From an uncultured Myxococcales bacterium (lineage in GTDB: Bacteria > Myxococcota_A > Polyangia > Fen-1088): a stretch of DNA of 64,000 nucleotides. The stretch is taken from the NCBI GenBank assembly GCA_964571275.1, contig CAZNCQ010000011.1, positions 1-64,000 of the forward strand, read 5' to 3'. Below, in pieces: positions 60,612 through 64,000 of the stretch; the stretch's first letter is position 1, and each line of letters starts with the position of its first letter. The translations under genes and the position numbers were made by a program. The notes under the pieces are model-generated. The model was not told the DNA's origin. It worked only from the letters and a program-made list of their open reading frames with translations, and ran no database searches.

Positions 60612-61715
60612 ATGCGGTCCACAACGCGACGGTTTGGGGCTCGGGATCTTTCGCTTCTCTTCGGCGGCATCGCCTGCATCGGACTGGCGACGGCCGGCAT
60701 CGCCTGCCAAAAAACGGAGACCGCCGCGACCCCGCCGCCGGCCGCCGCACCGACGCCACCTCCACCGCCCGCACCCGCGGCCAAGCCGCCGTTGCGCATC
60801 GCCTACAGTGACTGGCCGGGCTGGACGGCGTTCGAGATCGCCATCCAGAAGGGCTGGTTCAAAGAAGCCGGCGTCGACGTGAAGTTCGACTGGTTCGAGT
60901 ACGCGCCGTCGATGGAGGCGTTCGCCGCCGGCAAGGTCGACGCGGTGATGGTGACCGTCGGTGACGCGCTGGTGACGGGCGCCCCCGGCGCGCGCAGCGT
61001 CGGCATCATCGCCACCGACTACAGCAACGGCAACGACATGATCGTTGCGCGGCCGGGCATCAAGGATCTGAAGGGCCTCAAGGGGAAGAAGGTCGGCCTC
61101 GAGATCGGCCTCGTCGAGCACCTGCTGCTCCTCAAAGGATTGGAGAAGGCCGGCCTGAAAGAGACCGACGTCAAGCTGGTCAACGTGCCGACGCACCAGA
61201 CGGCGCAGACGCTGGCATCCAAGGACGTCGACGCGATCGGCGCCTGGCAGCCGAACGCGGGACAAGCGCTCAAGGCGGTCGCCCATTCGAAGGCGATCCT
61301 GACCAGCGCCGACCTGCCCGGCCTGATCTACGACCTGGTGAGCGTCAGCCCCAAGAGCTTGTCGACCCGCCGCGACGACTGGATCAAGGTGGTCAAGGTC
61401 TGGAACCGCACCGTCGCGTTCGTGACCGATCCTGCCAACAACGCCGAGGCGGTGAAGATCATGGCCGGCCGCGCCGGCGTACCGGCCGAAGAGTATGCGA
61501 AGTTTTTGCCGGGCACGCGGTTCCTGAGCCCGCAAGAGGCGCTGGCGCGCTTCGAAAAGAAGGAAGGCCTGGACACGCTGTACGGGTCGGGGATGGTCGC
61601 CGACGCCTTCAACGTCGCCAACAAGGTCTACGCCAAGCCGCAGCCGGTCGCCGAGTATCTCGACGGATCGCTGTTGCGCGAGGCGCTGGGCGCTCCCCAA
61701 GCCGCCGCTCAATAA
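60612..61715 (+). CDS. ABC transporter substrate-binding protein, NitT/TauT (NMT1/SsuA-like) family
   Basis: GAAGGAG RBS; signal/lipobox; [33 protein letters not shown]...GKVDA...: typical NMT1-like periplasmic binding fold pattern. Confidence 0.8.
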   Translation: MRSTTRRFGARDLSLLFGGIACIGLATAGIACQKTETAATPPPAAAPTPPPPPAPAAKPPLRIAYSDWPGWTAFEIAIQKGWFKEAGVDVKFDWFEYAPSMEAFAAGKVDAVMVTVGDALVTGAPGARSVGIIATDYSNGNDMIVARPGIKDLKGLKGKKVGLEIGLVEHLLLLKGLEKAGLKETDVKLVNVPTHQTAQTLASKDVDAIGAWQPNAGQALKAVAHSKAILTSADLPGLIYDLVSVSPKSLSTRRDDWIKVVKVWNRTVAFVTDPANNAEAVKIMAGRAGVPAEEYAKFLPGTRFLSPQEALARFEKKEGLDTLYGSGMVADAFNVANKVYAKPQPVAEYLDGSLLREALGAPQAAAQ

Positions 61716-61716
61716 C

Positions 61717-62820
61717 ATGGCCGCCGGCCGGCGTGACTGGCTGCGGCCCTTTGGCGAGCTGCCGCGGCGGCGGGGGCTCACGCTGCGCGTGCTGGCGTTC
61801 GTGCTGCCGCTCGGCCTCTGGTGCGTCGTCAGCTACGTGCCGTTCATCTGGCACCCGATGATCCGGGTAACCGATCCAGGTGACGTCGACTGGATGACGC
61901 GCGACCAGGTGGTCGAGGGCGACGCGTTCCGCACGGAAAATCAAGCGATCGCCGCGCGCGGCGGGCACATCGCGCGCGGCGCGCCCACGAACCCAGTCTT
62001 CCTCCCCGCGCCGCACGAAGTGCTGCGCGCGCTGGTGACCGGCTTCACCACGCCACCGGCGCGGCCCGACGAGCCCTGGTTGCACGAGGCGCTCCTTCAC
62101 AGCATCGGCATCATTTTTTGGGGCTTCCTCATCTCGTCGGTGATCGGCGTGCCGCTCGGGATCCTGTGCGGCGCGCTGCCGTCGATGGCGCGGCTCACCG
62201 AGCCGTTCATCGAGTTCTTCCGTTACCTGCCGGCGCCGGCGTTCGGCGCGCTGGCGGTCGCGGTGCTGGGCATCAACGACGCGCCCAAGATCGCGATCAT
62301 CTTCATCGGGACGTTCTTTCAGCAAGTCTTGGTCATCGCCAACACCGCACGCCGGCTGGATCCCGCGCTGCTCGAAGCGGCGCAGACGCTGGGCGCGAAA
62401 CCCCGCCAGCTGCTCTGGCGCGTGGTCGTGCCGGGCATCATCACCGACCTCTACAGCGATCAGCGCGTGCTGCTCGGCTGGGCCTGGACGTACTTGATCG
62501 TTGCCGAGCTCATCGGCGTCAGCTCGGGCATCACGTTCTTCATCAACCAGCAGGCGAAGTACCGTGCCTACGATCGCGTCTTCGCCTCGATCATCCTCAT
62601 CGGCCTCATCGGCCTCACCACCGACGTGATCCTGGCCTCGATCGGACGCCAGATCTTCCCCTGGGTGCGCACCTCGCGCACCGGCTGGTTGTCGCAGGCG
62701 CTGCAGAGGCTCAAGCGCGGCGAGCGTCGCATTCCCGTGGCCGCGATCTCGGCCGAGGTCACCGACGAGACGACGACCCAAACGACGGCTAACGTCGCCG
62801 CGCGCGAGGCGGCGTCGTGA
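61717..62820 (+). CDS. ABC transporter permease, NitT/TauT family
   Basis: BPD_transp_1-type permease with EAA-like loop ([23 protein letters not shown]); starts 2 nt after the SBP stop. Confidence 0.8.
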   Translation: MAAGRRDWLRPFGELPRRRGLTLRVLAFVLPLGLWCVVSYVPFIWHPMIRVTDPGDVDWMTRDQVVEGDAFRTENQAIAARGGHIARGAPTNPVFLPAPHEVLRALVTGFTTPPARPDEPWLHEALLHSIGIIFWGFLISSVIGVPLGILCGALPSMARLTEPFIEFFRYLPAPAFGALAVAVLGINDAPKIAIIFIGTFFQQVLVIANTARRLDPALLEAAQTLGAKPRQLLWRVVVPGIITDLYSDQRVLLGWAWTYLIVAELIGVSSGITFFINQQAKYRAYDRVFASIILIGLIGLTTDVILASIGRQIFPWVRTSRTGWLSQALQRLKRGERRIPVAAISAEVTDETTTQTTANVAAREAAS

Positions 62821-63731
62821 CCGCAGCGGAACCCGTCGCCGCCTTGCCCGACTACCGCGCGCAGGCGCCCGAGGTCGCCGAGCGCTTTCGCAAGCTGCAG
62901 GAACGCCCGGTGATTCTCGAGGTGCGCGGCCTGGTCAAAGACTTCACGGTGCGCGACGGCGGCACGACGCGCGCGCTCGACAACGTCAGCTTCCGCGCAC
63001 ACCGGCGCGAGATCATGTGCGTGATCGGCCCGTCGGGCTGCGGCAAGTCGACGGTGGCGCGGATCCTGGCGGGCCTCGAGGACGCGAGCGGCGGTGAAGT
63101 GCTGCTCGACGGCAAGCAGGTGCACGGCCCCGGGCCCGACCGCGGGATGGTCTTCCAGGGCTACACGCTCTTTCCCTGGCTCACGGTGACGAAGAACGTG
63201 ATGTTCGGCCTCGAGCTGTCGGGCGAGCACTCGAACGCCACCGCCGAGGAAGAGGCGCGCGCCTGGATCCAGCTCGTCGGCCTGCACAAGTTCGCCGATG
63301 CTTACCCGCACCAGCTGTCGGGCGGCATGAAGCAGCGGGTGGCGATCGCGCGCGCGCTGGCGCCGCGGCCGCGGATCTTGCTCATGGACGAGCCGTTCGG
63401 CGCGCTCGACGCGCAGACGCGCGCGCAGATGCAGTCCTACCTGCTGCAGATCTGGAAGCAGGTCGACGTCACCATCATCTTCATCACCCACGATCTCGAC
63501 GAGGCGATCTATCTCGCCGACCGGATCCTGGTGCTGGACGCGCACCCGGGGCGCGTGCGCGAATTGATGGAGGTCGCCGTGCCGCGGCCGCGCACGCCCG
63601 AGCAATTTCTCTCGCCAACCTTCATGGCGGCGCGCCGGCATCTTCAAGAGCTGATCCATCCGCCGGCAGCGCAAGCACAGGATCGCATTCCCATGATACG
63701 CATGACCGTCGTGGGGGACGACGTCGAATGA
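62817..63731 (+). CDS. ABC transporter ATP-binding protein, NitT/TauT family
   Basis: GTGA overlap with the permease gene; Walker [10 protein letters not shown], signature [15 protein letters not shown], Walker [14 protein letters not shown]-loop ITHD. Confidence 0.85.
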   Translation: MTAAEPVAALPDYRAQAPEVAERFRKLQERPVILEVRGLVKDFTVRDGGTTRALDNVSFRAHRREIMCVIGPSGCGKSTVARILAGLEDASGGEVLLDGKQVHGPGPDRGMVFQGYTLFPWLTVTKNVMFGLELSGEHSNATAEEEARAWIQLVGLHKFADAYPHQLSGGMKQRVAIARALAPRPRILLMDEPFGALDAQTRAQMQSYLLQIWKQVDVTIIFITHDLDEAIYLADRILVLDAHPGRVRELMEVAVPRPRTPEQFLSPTFMAARRHLQELIHPPAAQAQDRIPMIRMTVVGDDVE

Positions 63732-64000
63732 GCGCACCCAGGACCAGCATCACCACCAACCCCGCAGGCGCGACCGAAACGTTGCGCGGGGGCAGCGCCT
63801 GGTCGCGACGCATGCGCCGCGGGCAAGTGCTGCGCATCAGCGACCCGACCGGTCGCGCGGCGGTCGCGGCGCTGCTGTTCAACACCGAGGATCCGCTCGA
63901 GCGCTACAACATGCCCGACACGCTGAAGGCGCAGTACACAGCGTTTCTCACCACCGGCCGCGTGCTCTATTCCGACATGGGACGGATCCTGGCGTCGATC
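63728..64000 (+). CDS. DUF1989-like (urea-carboxylase-associated family) protein, N-terminal part only
   Basis: ATGA overlap with the ATPase gene; ...[55 protein letters not shown] resembles DUF1989 proteins that follow NitT/TauT transporters in urea-carboxylase loci; runs off the window end. Confidence 0.45.
   Translation, partial: MSAPRTSITTNPAGATETLRGGSAWSRRMRRGQVLRISDPTGRAAVAALLFNTEDPLERYNMPDTLKAQYTAFLTTGRVLYSDMGRILASI

Overview
This is a 64 kb, very GC-rich (about 70%) chromosomal segment with Myxococcota-like coding features: lipoboxes, RCC1 and thrombospondin type 3 (TSP3) repeat proteins, ATGA/GTGA/TGATG overlapping start/stop codons, and Arg-rich spurious alternative-frame ORFs. Gene density is high and I found no transposase, integrase or CRISPR array. 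In window order the main blocks are:
1. An RCC1-repeat lipoprotein, an LMF1/HTTM-type membrane protein, and a tRNA-like gene with anticodon UCA (candidate selC), followed by about 700 bp of non-coding DNA.
2. A GAF-domain protein and an NfeD-flotillin operon.
3. Secreted FG-GAP/TSP3 proteins.
4. An orphan type VI secretion (T6SS) spike island: vgrG, an unclassified adaptor-like gene, a PAAR-like/Rhs polymorphic toxin with a 121-aa C-terminal tip that I do not recognise, and a small putative immunity gene. No T6SS core genes are present.
5. A penta-heme c-type cytochrome with a TPR tail, two tandem paralogous secreted proteins of unknown function, and a penicillin-binding protein.
6. serA, an OmpR-type regulator, and a plant-cell-wall degradation set: pectate lyase, a CBM10-like/expansin-like protein, a CBM10-like/GH5 mannanase, and a GH28 polygalacturonase with a LamG-like module.
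7. Detoxification genes (VOC, GST, AKR, tautomerase, ferritin-like).
8. A MacB-like ABC exporter with an NtrC-type two-component system and a candidate sigma54 promoter.
9. An ECF sigma/anti-sigma pair whose anti-sigma carries a CBM48/AMPK-beta-like carbohydrate-binding domain.
10. A NitT/TauT-type ABC importer next to a DUF1989-like gene at the window end.
All calls come from reading the sequence and the six-frame translations. No database search was run.
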